Shown: one piece after another, positions 8,129-16,546 of the stretch
Layout: each line of letters opens with the position of its first letter
How positions within the stretch are numbered: position 1 is the first letter of the stretch
Origin: Candidatus Sericytochromatia bacterium
GTDB lineage: Bacteria; Cyanobacteriota; Sericytochromatia; UBA7694
DNA: 36,387 nucleotides
Reading direction: 5' to 3'
NCBI GenBank assembly: GCA_018780035.1
Contig: JADMKE010000014.1
Span: 137,271-173,657, forward strand
Notes under the pieces: model-generated
What the model was told of the DNA's origin: nothing
What the model saw: only the letters and a program-made list of their open reading frames with translations
The model's database searches: none
Translations under genes and position numbers: made by a program

Positions 8129-10060
8129 CTACCAGGTTCTGAGGAAGCGCTTGTTGAGTTCCAGTTTGCTGAACTTGAGCAGAATCGGGCGGCCATGGGG
8201 ACAGGTATAGGGATTGCGGGTTTTGGACCAATTTTGGACTATCTTTTGCATCTGTTCGAGAGTTAAAGGGTCGCCAGCCCGAATCGCACTGTGACAGGCA
8301 ATGGTCTTGCAGAGCCGGTTAAACGACTCCAGATAGACTTTGGCCACGCCACTTTCGCGCAACTCTAACAAAACCTCTTTAAAGGTTGCTTCGGTCTCAG
8401 CAAAACGCAGACAGTGGGGAATGGCACGAATCGCAATACTGCCAGGCCCCTCCTCTTCCCATTCAAAGCCTGCACGTTCAAAGGCTTTGCGATTTTCTTC
8501 GAGCAGGCCGCGCTCAATTTCATCGATCTCAATCACGACCGAGAGCAGCAGCGGCTGGCTGAGAATTTTGGCCTGTTCAAGCAATTCTTCGTAGAGATAG
8601 CGCTCTTCGGCCACGTGTTGATCGAGCAGGGCCAGCCCATTGCCATAATGGGCCACAATATACGTATAATCACAGGCCTGGCCCAGGGCGCTGACGGGCT
8701 CCAGCGGCGCACCAGCTTCAACCGGCGCTGGCGGAGGGGTGATTTTGAGATCGGGCAATTCCAGCACTTGCGGGGGACGTGTTGGCAACTCCGGAGCCCA
8801 ACTGGGGCCTGCAGGCTGGACGGGCACTGGTGCAGGAGCAAGGGGAGAGGCGTAAACTGGCGCGGCAGGTTCCTGAACGGAAGGCTGAACAACAGGAAGC
8901 GGCATGGCAAAAGGAGGAATTTCATCGTCATCATCAAAAGCATTGCCAGCAGAGGCTTTGACAGGATTCATAGCACTGGCTGCGGTGGACACAGTTGGCA
9001 CAGTTAACGGGGTGGGCTCAGCCGCTCCAGAATCCACCACCGGCGGCCCCAAACTGGCGCTGCGCTCAAAATTGTAACGTGAAAGGGAGTTTTGAATGCC
9101 CTCGCGGGTCAATTGAAAAATCTGGCTGAAATGTTTGAACTTGACCTCTTTTTTATTGGGGTGCACGTTCACATCGACATTGCCAGCCGGCAGTTCCAAT
9201 TGCAGAATCGCCACGGGGAAATTCTTTTTGGGTACCAGATCGGCGTAGAGATCATCGACAAGCTTGGTAATGCCCGGCACCTTGACCCAGCGCCGATTGA
9301 CAAACAAAAATTGGTAATTGCGGTCGCGGCGCACACAATCGGGATAACTCAGAACCCCTTGGACCAAACCGGCTGGGGTTTCGTGGCTGACGGTATAGAG
9401 CGAATCAGCCAGGTCTTTGCCCAAAATTTGCCTCACCACCGAACTCAGGCTCTGCTGGCCGCTGGTCTGAATCACTGTTTTGCCTTTTTTGACAAATTTA
9501 AAGCCAATCTCGGGCAAGCCCAGGGCAAAAGCCTGCATCAATTGCTGGATATACCCCAATTCGGTGGTCTCAGAGCTGAGAAATTTGAGCCGGGCAGGGG
9601 TATTGTAAAAGAGATCGCGAATCGTCAGACTCGTTCCCACTGGCCCGCCAGCGGAGCTGTTTTCGATGATTTCACCGCCCTGGATCACCAGGCGTTTGGC
9701 AATGTCTTGATCGGCGGTACGGGTTAAGATTTCAACCCGCGCCACCGAGGCAATACTGGGCAAAGCCTCACCGCGAAAGCCCATGGTATTGATGCTCCAA
9801 ATATCTTCAAAGCTCTGCAATTTGCTCGTGGCAAAACGCTGAAAGGCCAATCCGACACTTTCTGCAGGAATGCCAAAGCCATTGTCGACGACCCGCAAAA
9901 AGCGTCCGCCCTGATCCACTTCGACCTGAATAAAGGTCGCACCGGCATCAAGGGCATTTTCAACCAATTCTTTGATCACCGATGCGGGCCGCTCAACCAC
10001 TTCACCCGCGGCAATTTGGTTGGCAACCTGGGCATCGAGCAGCTGAATCGGCTTCATCAT
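8129..10060 (-). CDS. mutL: DNA mismatch repair protein MutL.
   Basis: The N-terminal GHKL ATPase motifs read 'QVANQIAAGEVVERPASVIKELVENALDAG' and 'VVDNGFGI'. A Pro/Ala-rich linker is followed by the C-terminal dimerisation/endonuclease region 'ACHSAIRAGDPL'. The ATG overlaps the htrA stop (ATGA). Confidence 0.95.
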   Translation of the reverse strand: MMKPIQLLDAQVANQIAAGEVVERPASVIKELVENALDAGATFIQVEVDQGGRFLRVVDNGFGIPAESVGLAFQRFATSKLQSFEDIWSINTMGFRGEALPSIASVARVEILTRTADQDIAKRLVIQGGEIIENSSAGGPVGTSLTIRDLFYNTPARLKFLSSETTELGYIQQLMQAFALGLPEIGFKFVKKGKTVIQTSGQQSLSSVVRQILGKDLADSLYTVSHETPAGLVQGVLSYPDCVRRDRNYQFLFVNRRWVKVPGITKLVDDLYADLVPKKNFPVAILQLELPAGNVDVNVHPNKKEVKFKHFSQIFQLTREGIQNSLSRYNFERSASLGPPVVDSGAAEPTPLTVPTVSTAASAMNPVKASAGNAFDDDDEIPPFAMPLPVVQPSVQEPAAPVYASPLAPAPVPVQPAGPSWAPELPTRPPQVLELPDLKITPPPAPVEAGAPLEPVSALGQACDYTYIVAHYGNGLALLDQHVAEERYLYEELLEQAKILSQPLLLSVVIEIDEIERGLLEENRKAFERAGFEWEEEGPGSIAIRAIPHCLRFAETEATFKEVLLELRESGVAKVYLESFNRLCKTIACHSAIRAGDPLTLEQMQKIVQNWSKTRNPYTCPHGRPILLKFSKLELNKRFLRTW

Positions 10061-11268
10061 TGCTCCCGCGTGGCAGTCAGGCGCAGATTTAAATTGATCG
10101 GCTTGCCTTTGCCACCTTTGAGAATCGTGACCTGAATGGTGTCTCCCACCCGTTTGCGGGTTTCGAGATAGGTGAGCAAATCGTTTTCGACTTTGACAGG
10201 CTGGCCATCGACCGCGAGAATAATGTCCCCACCGAGGTAAAGCTCATAATTGCCAATATACACGCGCTGAGTTCCGCCTTTGATCCCGCCTTGGGCCGCG
10301 GCCCCTGTGGGGGAGGTCTGCATCACCAAGAGGCCTTCAGAGACCTGCAATTTCATCAATTGGGCCAAACGCGGGCTGAGCGACATCACGCTGATGCCCA
10401 TCCAGGGGTATTGGGCTTTGCCGTATTTGAGCAGGTCGGGGATAAAACGTTTGACTGTGTTGATCGGAATCGCGAAGCCCAAACCGACAGAGCCACCCGA
10501 GGGGCTGTAGATCAGCGTATTGACGCCAATCACGCGCCCAGCTGAGTCAAAGAGCGGGCCACCCGAATTGCCACTGTTGATCGCCGCATCGGTTTGGATC
10601 AAATCCGACATCACCCGGTTTTCTTCGACCTGAATTTTGCGCCCGAGTGAACTGACCACCCCAGAAGTCATGGTTTGGCCCAAACCAAAGGGATTGCCAA
10701 TCGCGATCGAGGTCTGCCCGACCTGCAATTTGGAAGAATCGCCCAAGCTGACGGGATTGAGCAAATTGCCAGGGGCCTTGACCTTGAGAATCGCCAAATC
10801 GCTGCGCTGGTCATAGCCCACCAATTCAGCGGGGTAAGAGTGTTCCATATTGCCAAAGGCCACAAAGAAGCGCTGAGCGCCGTTGACCACATGAAAATTG
10901 GTCACGATATGGCCCTCTTTGTCGATCACAAAACCCGAACCTGCGCCCTCACTGGGCACCATTTCCATAAAATAATTGTATTGAAAGGAGCGGGTGGTCA
11001 CATTGACCACCGAACTGCTGACCCGTTTATACAGATCGATCGTCTGTTGCTCTTGCGAGACACCTGCCGCCGCCAGGGCACTGGGATCGACCAAAGCGGT
11101 CATGTTCGGCGAGGCTACAGGTGTTTTGGGCACAGCTTGGTTAAATTGCAAATACCCCAAGACCAACGTGCCGCCAGCCAGACCAGCCAAGGCAAAGCCC
11201 AGTAGTTGCTTGATCAGGGGGGAATTTTTGTCTGTGTGTTTGTTTGCATCGTGGTTTAAATCGTTCAT
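10057..11268 (-). CDS. HtrA/DegP-family trypsin-like serine endoprotease with an N-terminal membrane anchor and one C-terminal PDZ domain.
   Basis: Motifs are 'GSGFVIDKEGHIVTNFHVV' (His), 'DLAILKV' (Asp) and 'GNSGGPL' (Ser). The PDZ motif is 'GDIILAVDGQPV'. The transmembrane anchor is 'LLGFALAGLAGGTLVLGYL'. The start is placed at ATG 11268 (MNDLNHD...) with GAGGAA upstream. It overlaps the recO stop as ATGA. The track start at 11298 lies inside recO. Confidence 0.9.
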   Translation of the reverse strand: MNDLNHDANKHTDKNSPLIKQLLGFALAGLAGGTLVLGYLQFNQAVPKTPVASPNMTALVDPSALAAAGVSQEQQTIDLYKRVSSSVVNVTTRSFQYNYFMEMVPSEGAGSGFVIDKEGHIVTNFHVVNGAQRFFVAFGNMEHSYPAELVGYDQRSDLAILKVKAPGNLLNPVSLGDSSKLQVGQTSIAIGNPFGLGQTMTSGVVSSLGRKIQVEENRVMSDLIQTDAAINSGNSGGPLFDSAGRVIGVNTLIYSPSGGSVGLGFAIPINTVKRFIPDLLKYGKAQYPWMGISVMSLSPRLAQLMKLQVSEGLLVMQTSPTGAAAQGGIKGGTQRVYIGNYELYLGGDIILAVDGQPVKVENDLLTYLETRKRVGDTIQVTILKGGKGKPINLNLRLTATREQ

Positions 11269-12065
11269 GGTTTCCTCGTTTCGTTGGGCATGGCCCAACC
11301 CAAATTATCGTCTTGGAGATAGGTCAGGGCTTTTAAGGGTTTTTCAGCCAATTGCTCAAAATAGCTCTGCAAGCAAGCTTGCAATTGCCGCATAGCCTGG
11401 GGTTTCAGCTCGGGCAAGCTCTGCGGGGGCCCCTCAGAGGCCTGTAACCCCCGCAGAACTTCGACCTGTTCAAAGCTCAGATAGCGGCAGGTCTCTTTGC
11501 GTTTGCACGCTTCACAGCGCAAGCCGCCGTGTAAGGTATCAAAAAAGTGGTAATCGCGGGGGCGAAAGTCAATTTCACATTGGGCACAAAAATCCCAGTC
11601 CTGCTGATAGCCCAATTGCTCCAGATAATGCAATTCAAACCAGAGCAAAAGTGGCAGGGCTTCAGTCCCAGCGGAAAGCGCCTCTAAACCGTGTAAAAAC
11701 AGCGCAAAGAGATATTCATTGGGATCTTCTTCTTGGGAGAAAGAGGCGATCAACTCACCCATGGCAAGCGCATGGGTCAAGGCATGGTAATCGCGGTTCA
11801 GACCCGAAAAAGAGCGCAGGGCATCACATTGGGTGATTTTATGCAGGTTGCGTCCCCGCTCCAAGACCAGATGGTTGCAGCGCAACAGGTCCAAACGACC
11901 CGCAAGCTTGCTGCGGGGCCGACGCACACCCTTGGCAATGGAGCGCAAAACACCAAATTTGCGGCTGTAGAGCACCACAATTCGGTCGTGCTCGTTATAG
12001 TCGTAGTGCTTGAGGACAAAGGCCTCTACTTCAAACGGATGCCGGTTGGGCGGCAAGTTCGACAT
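11265..12065 (-). CDS. recO: DNA repair protein RecO.
   Basis: The N-terminal OB-fold reads 'EAFVLKHYDYNEHDRIVVLYSRKFG'. The C-terminal zinc-finger reads 'CAQCEIDFRPRDYHFFDTLHGGLRCEAC'. ATG 12065 is used; the track uses TTG 12074. The stop overlaps the htrA start. Confidence 0.9.
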   Translation of the reverse strand: MSNLPPNRHPFEVEAFVLKHYDYNEHDRIVVLYSRKFGVLRSIAKGVRRPRSKLAGRLDLLRCNHLVLERGRNLHKITQCDALRSFSGLNRDYHALTHALAMGELIASFSQEEDPNEYLFALFLHGLEALSAGTEALPLLLWFELHYLEQLGYQQDWDFCAQCEIDFRPRDYHFFDTLHGGLRCEACKRKETCRYLSFEQVEVLRGLQASEGPPQSLPELKPQAMRQLQACLQSYFEQLAEKPLKALTYLQDDNLGWAMPNETRKP

Positions 12066-12318
12066 GGTCGACAATACCTACAATCACACAGCGAATGGGG
12101 GCGTTTTCATAATGCAGGATCTGACGGGAGGAAGTGCCTTCTTCGAGCAACAACACCCGATCTCCCACACCGGCCTGAACCTGATCGATGGCGATCACCT
12201 GCTCTCCGGTGTCTTCTCCATAGGGATCGATCGGCTGGACCATGAGCAACTTGCGTCCTTGCAGGGCCTCATGTTTGATCGTGGCAACCACGCTACCAAT
12301 GACTCGTGCCAGTCTCAT
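12031..12318 (-). CDS. EutN/CcmL/PduN-family bacterial-microcompartment vertex (pentamer) protein. It is an orphan with no shell hexamer genes nearby.
   Basis: The 95-aa protein MRLARVIGSVVATIKHEALQGRKLLMVQPI...VQAGVGDRVLLLEEGTSSRQ...PIRCVIVGIVDHVEL aligns by eye along its length with E. coli EutN / cyanobacterial CcmL. A perfect AAGGAG SD lies 7 nt upstream of ATG 12318. Its 3' end overlaps recO by 35 nt. Confidence 0.8.
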   Translation of the reverse strand: MRLARVIGSVVATIKHEALQGRKLLMVQPIDPYGEDTGEQVIAIDQVQAGVGDRVLLLEEGTSSRQILHYENAPIRCVIVGIVDHVELAAQPASV

Positions 12319-12424
12319 GGCCTTACTCCTTGAATCTGTTTAAATACTCAGTGTTATACATTGTAGCCCAGGTCACAGCCCCCCCCAAGGGGAAGGCCTG
12401 AGAATCTTAAGCTGAACAACTTTT

Positions 12425-12465
12425 TCCCACAAAAAACACGAACCACCGGGAGAGATTCCCGGTGG
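12425..12465 (-). terminator. Rho-independent terminator downstream of the clostripain-like gene on the minus strand.
   Basis: An 8-bp GC-rich stem (ccaccggg / cccggtgg) has a 7-nt loop. On the minus strand it is followed by 'ttcgtgttttttgtgggaaaaa'. Confidence 0.55.
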
Positions 12466-12489
12466 CAAGTGAGAAAGTTCAGTTAAAGC

Positions 12490-13857
12490 CTATTTACGTG
12501 TGTAAGCTTTGAGGAAATTGCCCCAACCTTTGGTCTCAGCGAACAGGAGCACGCTGGGATTGTCATAAACTTGTTTGTAGCTCATGGTGGAGGTGGGGAA
12601 ATAAATCACAGCGCCGGTGGCGTTGGGATTCATGCGGTCAAAGCCATTGGCAATCACAGCTTTTTTATAAGCGTTCATGACATCAGCGGCACCGCGGCTG
12701 CGGGTGGCACCAGCGTAGAGTTGCAGGAAGTGACCGAAGTCAGCTGCATCGCGGTTATAGAACATTTGGGTTTTGCTGCGAGCGGCATCAATGGCAGCTT
12801 TGTTGGCAGGCAAACCAGCGGTCAGCTCAGCACCAAAGGCATTGATGGCGGCAGTCAGTTCGCCAGTAACGACATTCACATCGGTTGCAGCCAAGGTGAT
12901 GTCATTGCCGCGTTGTACGCCGGTGGCATAGGATTTGATATAGCTATCAACCATGTGTTTGCCGAGTTGAGCAGCATCCCAACCAGAGTTCTGGGCCAGA
13001 CCGCCAACATAAGAGCGGTATTCCCAACCGTCGCCGGGTTCGAGCTCTTCAGAAGCGACCAAGACTTTGGCCAAGCCTTTGACTTGATAAGCGGTTTCGA
13101 GGTAGCTCATCAGGCAGGTATCGAAGCCCATGATGTCCACGGGGCCACCGATATTGCGGGCGGCAGCAGCCAGAGCGGGATTCAGGTCAGCCATTTTCAT
13201 TTCGCCACCATTGTCATCGGAGCCGAAATTGCGGGAGCCATCAGCAAAGCGGCTCTGAATGCCATTCATGGCACCAATCTGAGTCGGAACAAACATTTCA
13301 AAAGTAGAGGCTTCACCACCGCGACGAACGGCACCACCACCGTGATTCCAGATGGAGATGGAGTTTTTCTGAGCGGGGAAGGTTTTGGTGACCCAATCTG
13401 TGAAAGCAGCGAAGACTTTGCCGTCGCCGGAGTCGATTTCACTGCCAGCTTTGGCAATCGGGTTGTCGATCGGTTTGGAAACGAGGGTGCTGTTTAAACC
13501 AGCGGGGTCAGCTTGCATACGGTAGACAGCAGAGTCACCCTGTTTGGCACCGTCGAAAAGCACAATCACTTCGATGTCGTTGGCTGCGGCGCCAGCGTCA
13601 TTCAGACCGGCTTCAATTTCGTTCAAGTCTTTCAGACCTGCGGTGTAGAGGTTGTTGTCTGCAGCCATGTGGATGGCAACCAGCCATTTTTTGCCATTGC
13701 GGGCGCGGCTGAGAGCGTTAACCTGGGTGCGATTATTTAATGCATTAAGCGCAGCGCCCTGGGGGCCTGTCAGTCCAACGGGACCGCAAGCAGCCATAGT
13801 ACCGACGGCAGAAGCCAGTGCGGCGAGAGCGGAAGCTTTTTTGAGAACCTGATTCAT
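12490..13857 (-). CDS. Clostripain-family (peptidase C11) cysteine protease lipoprotein.
   Basis: The lipoprotein signal is 'ALAALASAVGTMAAC'. C11 hallmarks are present: 'WLVAIHMAADNNL', the His motif 'SIWNHGGG' and the Cys motif 'MGFDTCLMSYLE'. ATG is at 13857. Confidence 0.85.
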   Translation of the reverse strand: MNQVLKKASALAALASAVGTMAACGPVGLTGPQGAALNALNNRTQVNALSRARNGKKWLVAIHMAADNNLYTAGLKDLNEIEAGLNDAGAAANDIEVIVLFDGAKQGDSAVYRMQADPAGLNSTLVSKPIDNPIAKAGSEIDSGDGKVFAAFTDWVTKTFPAQKNSISIWNHGGGAVRRGGEASTFEMFVPTQIGAMNGIQSRFADGSRNFGSDDNGGEMKMADLNPALAAAARNIGGPVDIMGFDTCLMSYLETAYQVKGLAKVLVASEELEPGDGWEYRSYVGGLAQNSGWDAAQLGKHMVDSYIKSYATGVQRGNDITLAATDVNVVTGELTAAINAFGAELTAGLPANKAAIDAARSKTQMFYNRDAADFGHFLQLYAGATRSRGAADVMNAYKKAVIANGFDRMNPNATGAVIYFPTSTMSYKQVYDNPSVLLFAETKGWGNFLKAYTRK

Positions 13858-14005
13858 GCGTAAACTACCCTGAACTTTCTTTGTTTGGTTTAAATTGAAT
13901 TTAAACTTACTTGATTCAATCTTAATATTCTTTTAACTAAAAACCCCTTGTCCCTTGCTAAAAAAGTGAAGAATTTTTGTTAAAAAATATTAAGAGGCGA
14001 CGAAG

Positions 14006-14098
14006 ATGCAAATCAATCCAGCAAAATGGATTGAAGCACCCCTGAATTTTAATACAGAGAAATCCCAGAAACAAGGGCTGTTTGCGAGGAAAATGTGA
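14006..14098 (+). CDS. Candidate 30-codon upstream ORF / leader peptide whose stop overlaps the ftcD GTG start.
   Basis: ATG 14006 has AAGAGG 8 nt upstream. The peptide is MQINPAKWIEAPLNFNTEKSQKQGLFARKM. The TGA at 14096-14098 overlaps GTG 14095 of ftcD. There is no homology evidence, and it could be a chance ORF in AT-rich leader sequence. Confidence 0.25.
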   Translation: MQINPAKWIEAPLNFNTEKSQKQGLFARKM

Positions 14099-14994
14099 AA
14101 AAAACACTTTTAGAATGTGTGCCCAATCTCAGCGAAGGTCGCGATCCCTTGGCACTTCAAGCTTTGTATCTGCAATTGTCACAATTGCCAGAATTGCAAA
14201 TTTTGGATCATTCAGCGGATTCTGACCACCACCGCTCGGTGTGGACCTGGGTAGCCCCCCCTGAGGTGATCGAACAGGCCCTGATGTGTCTGTTCCACTG
14301 GGCAGAAAAACAGATTGATCTGCGCAAACATCAAGGGGCCCACCCCCGGATCGGGGCCGTTGATGTGATTCCCTTGATTCCAATCCAAGGCATCAGCAAG
14401 CATGAGGCTGTGGCATTTTCCAAAGCCTTGGCAGCCCGTTTGGCCAAGCGTTTTCAATTGCCCATTTTTCTCTACGAAGCCTCTGCCACCCAAGCACAGC
14501 GCCGCAATTTGGCATCCATTCGCCAAGGCCAGTTTGAAGGGCTGTCTGAGAAACTCAAACAACCCGCATGGTTCCCTGATTTCGGTCCTGCCCAGCCCCA
14601 TCCGAGCTTGGGCGCCACGGCCCTGGGTGTCCGGGACTTTTTGATCGCCTTTAATCTCTGTTATGGCGCCCAGGAGCTGGCTTCAGTCAAAGAACTCGCG
14701 CGCAGGCTGCGGGCCAGCAATGGGGGACTGCCTGCGGTCAAAGCCCTGGGACTCTGGCTGCCCCAACGCCAAAAGAGCCAGCTTTCATTTAATTTAACCG
14801 ACTTTCGTGTCACCTCATTGCAAGACTTAATCCAGGCGGTTTTAAAACAGGGGGCGGAGTTGGGTATTACCCCCGAAGCGGGAGAGATCATCGGCCTGAT
14901 TCCCGCAGCTGCCACTTGGCCCGGTTTTGAAACTGCCCTCAAACTGAGCGACCGCCGGGATGTCGTTCTCGAACACCACCTGCGCAAGATTTAA
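14095..14994 (+). CDS. ftcD: Glutamate formimidoyltransferase (formiminotransferase domain only, no cyclodeaminase domain).
   Basis: The N-terminus 'MKKTLLECVPNLSEGRD' matches the conserved ECVPNFSEGR start of formiminotransferases. The start is GTG with GAGGAAA upstream. Length is about 300 aa. Confidence 0.8.
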   Translation: MKKTLLECVPNLSEGRDPLALQALYLQLSQLPELQILDHSADSDHHRSVWTWVAPPEVIEQALMCLFHWAEKQIDLRKHQGAHPRIGAVDVIPLIPIQGISKHEAVAFSKALAARLAKRFQLPIFLYEASATQAQRRNLASIRQGQFEGLSEKLKQPAWFPDFGPAQPHPSLGATALGVRDFLIAFNLCYGAQELASVKELARRLRASNGGLPAVKALGLWLPQRQKSQLSFNLTDFRVTSLQDLIQAVLKQGAELGITPEAGEIIGLIPAAATWPGFETALKLSDRRDVVLEHHLRKI

Positions 14995-15108
14995 AATCTG
15001 GCCGAAATCAAAGCAGCAATGACAATCTCAGACAAGGGTGGTATTATCAAAGCAGCAAGCGAGGTTTATGGCCTTCTTTGCGCATGCTGCTAACGAGGAG
15101 ATACCTTT

Positions 15109-15984
15109 TTGATGCAACCGACCTCTCTCTCTCGCATTATTCAGGATACCCACGCCCTGCCCTCTATTCCTGGCGTCGCCAGTCGCTTACTCGAACGCCT
15201 GCAAGATCCCGAAACCCACGCAGCTGAAATCAGCACCCTGATTGAAATGGATCCGGCTCTCAGCCTCAAAGTATTACAATTGGCCAATTCTGCCATGTTT
15301 GCCCCCGCCAGCCCCGTGCATTCCATTGAAAGAGCCATCATGCTCTTGGGGTTTAATACAGTTCGTTTTTTGATTACCGGGGTCGCTGTTTTACAGGTCG
15401 CCCAAAAGATGCCCGAAAATGAAATTATCAATCCCGAAAATTTCTGGCGTTCGGCCTTTCGGGGCGCGGTTGCAGCCAAATATTTCGCAGAGCAAAGCAA
15501 TTATCCCGAATCCAATGAGGCCTATTTGGCAGGTCTGATTCGCGAAATAGGCAAAATCGCCTTGATTCAATGTGCTTATGAGACCTATTTAAGCGTGGTA
15601 AAGGCCGCCCAAAACGCCAATGTAGCTGTGGTACACAAAGAAAGGGAGATCTTGGGTTTTACCCACGCCGATGTCGGCGCCTTGCTGGCCGTCAAATGGA
15701 ATCTCGATGAAGGCCTGGCAAGTGTGATTGCGGCTTACCCTTTTCCTGGCGATCACCCCGAACTGAACAATTTACATCTTGCCACTGTTTTGCACTTGGC
15801 CGACCGTTTTGCCGCCCTAGAGACCCCAACGGCAGCGCATTTTGAGCAGATTTTAGCCGAACTCGATCCGCTGGCAATCCAGTATTGGTCCCAAGAGCAA
15901 GGCCGCAATCTCAGCCCCGAAAGCCTTGAAATGGATTGGCAGGCCTTAAAATCCCAACTCGATCAGGGCAACCCATTCATCTAA
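15109..15984 (+). CDS. HDOD-domain signalling protein.
   Basis: The sequence 'LPSIPGVASRLLERLQDPETHAAEISTLIEMDPALSLKVLQLANSAMF...GLIREIGKIAL...FTHADVGALLAVKW' is a typical HDOD domain. The start is TTG 15109 or ATG 15112, with GAGGAG upstream. Confidence 0.85.
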   Translation: MMQPTSLSRIIQDTHALPSIPGVASRLLERLQDPETHAAEISTLIEMDPALSLKVLQLANSAMFAPASPVHSIERAIMLLGFNTVRFLITGVAVLQVAQKMPENEIINPENFWRSAFRGAVAAKYFAEQSNYPESNEAYLAGLIREIGKIALIQCAYETYLSVVKAAQNANVAVVHKEREILGFTHADVGALLAVKWNLDEGLASVIAAYPFPGDHPELNNLHLATVLHLADRFAALETPTAAHFEQILAELDPLAIQYWSQEQGRNLSPESLEMDWQALKSQLDQGNPFI

Positions 15985-16049
15985 GCTCCGCTGAACCCGC
16001 TTAAACGCATTTAATCACATCCGTTCTCAATTAATGAACGGACTTGGTG

Positions 16050-16078
16050 TTGCTTTAAAAACAGGTATGGTATATTGT
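16050..16078 (+). promoter_or_regulatory. Sigma-70-like promoter candidate for the lone atpE.
   Basis: The candidate is TTGCTT-N15-TATATT (or N17-TATTGT) in a 175-bp AT-rich intergenic region. It implies a roughly 75-nt leader. Inferred only. Confidence 0.3.
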
Positions 16079-16159
16079 GTTAAGTCTGCAAAGAAGCATA
16101 TAAACTTAGCACAATAAACACAATTAAATTATAAACACTGAAAGGAATCAAGAAAGAAT

Positions 16160-16411
16160 ATGGCAGCTGATCCCTCCATTCTCTCCTCTTCCGTTATGGC
16201 CGCCGCCGGTGCAGTAGGCCTCGCTGGTATCGGTGCTGCTATCGGTATCGGTATCTCCTCTAGCAAAGCGCTCGAAGGTATGGCCCGCCAGCCAGACGCA
16301 GAGCCCTTGCTCGCCCGTAACATGATTCTTGCCATGGCATTTATGGAAGCTATCGCTATTTACGGGTTGGTCGTTGCACTGATTCTGCTGTTTGCTAACC
16401 CCTTTAAATAA
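16160..16411 (+). CDS. atpE: F-type ATP synthase subunit c (proteolipid), monocistronic here.
   Basis: The 83-aa protein has two transmembrane helices. The Gly-rich motif is '[13 protein letters not shown]'. The ion-binding Glu is in '[24 protein letters not shown]'. The C-terminus is cyanobacterial/chloroplast-like. No other atp genes flank it. Confidence 0.85.
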   Translation: MAADPSILSSSVMAAAGAVGLAGIGAAIGIGISSSKALEGMARQPDAEPLLARNMILAMAFMEAIAIYGLVVALILLFANPFK

Positions 16412-16496
16412 ATGGCAAAACAGCGGTTGTCACTTGTTGACTCTGAGACTTTAACGTCTCGGTAGACAATAACTGCAACTGCCCACTAAAAAGCTT

Positions 16497-16541
16497 AAAG
16501 CCAGCTGAAACCAGCTGGCTTTTGTTTTGGCTGTTTTTTTT
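16497..16541. terminator. Bidirectional rho-independent terminator between atpE (+) and the convergent lipoprotein gene (-).
   Basis: An 8-bp stem gccagctg / cagctggc (16500-16507 and 16512-16519) has a 4-nt loop. A long T-tract 'ttttgttttggctgtttttttt' follows on the plus strand. On the minus strand A/T-rich flanks pair as U-tracts. Confidence 0.6.
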
Positions 16542-16546
16542 AAAGA

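Noticed and set aside
9092-9727. 211-aa plus-strand ORF and 197-aa ORF (8414-9007) opposite mutL
   Set aside because: They are fully embedded antisense to mutL, which is unambiguous.
10675-11205. 176-aa plus-strand ORF opposite the htrA gene
   Set aside because: It is antisense to the conserved trypsin-like domain.
12571-13497. 308-aa plus-strand ORF opposite the clostripain gene
   Set aside because: It is an antisense frame. Its low-complexity Gly/Ala/Ser-rich translation mirrors the codon bias of the real gene.
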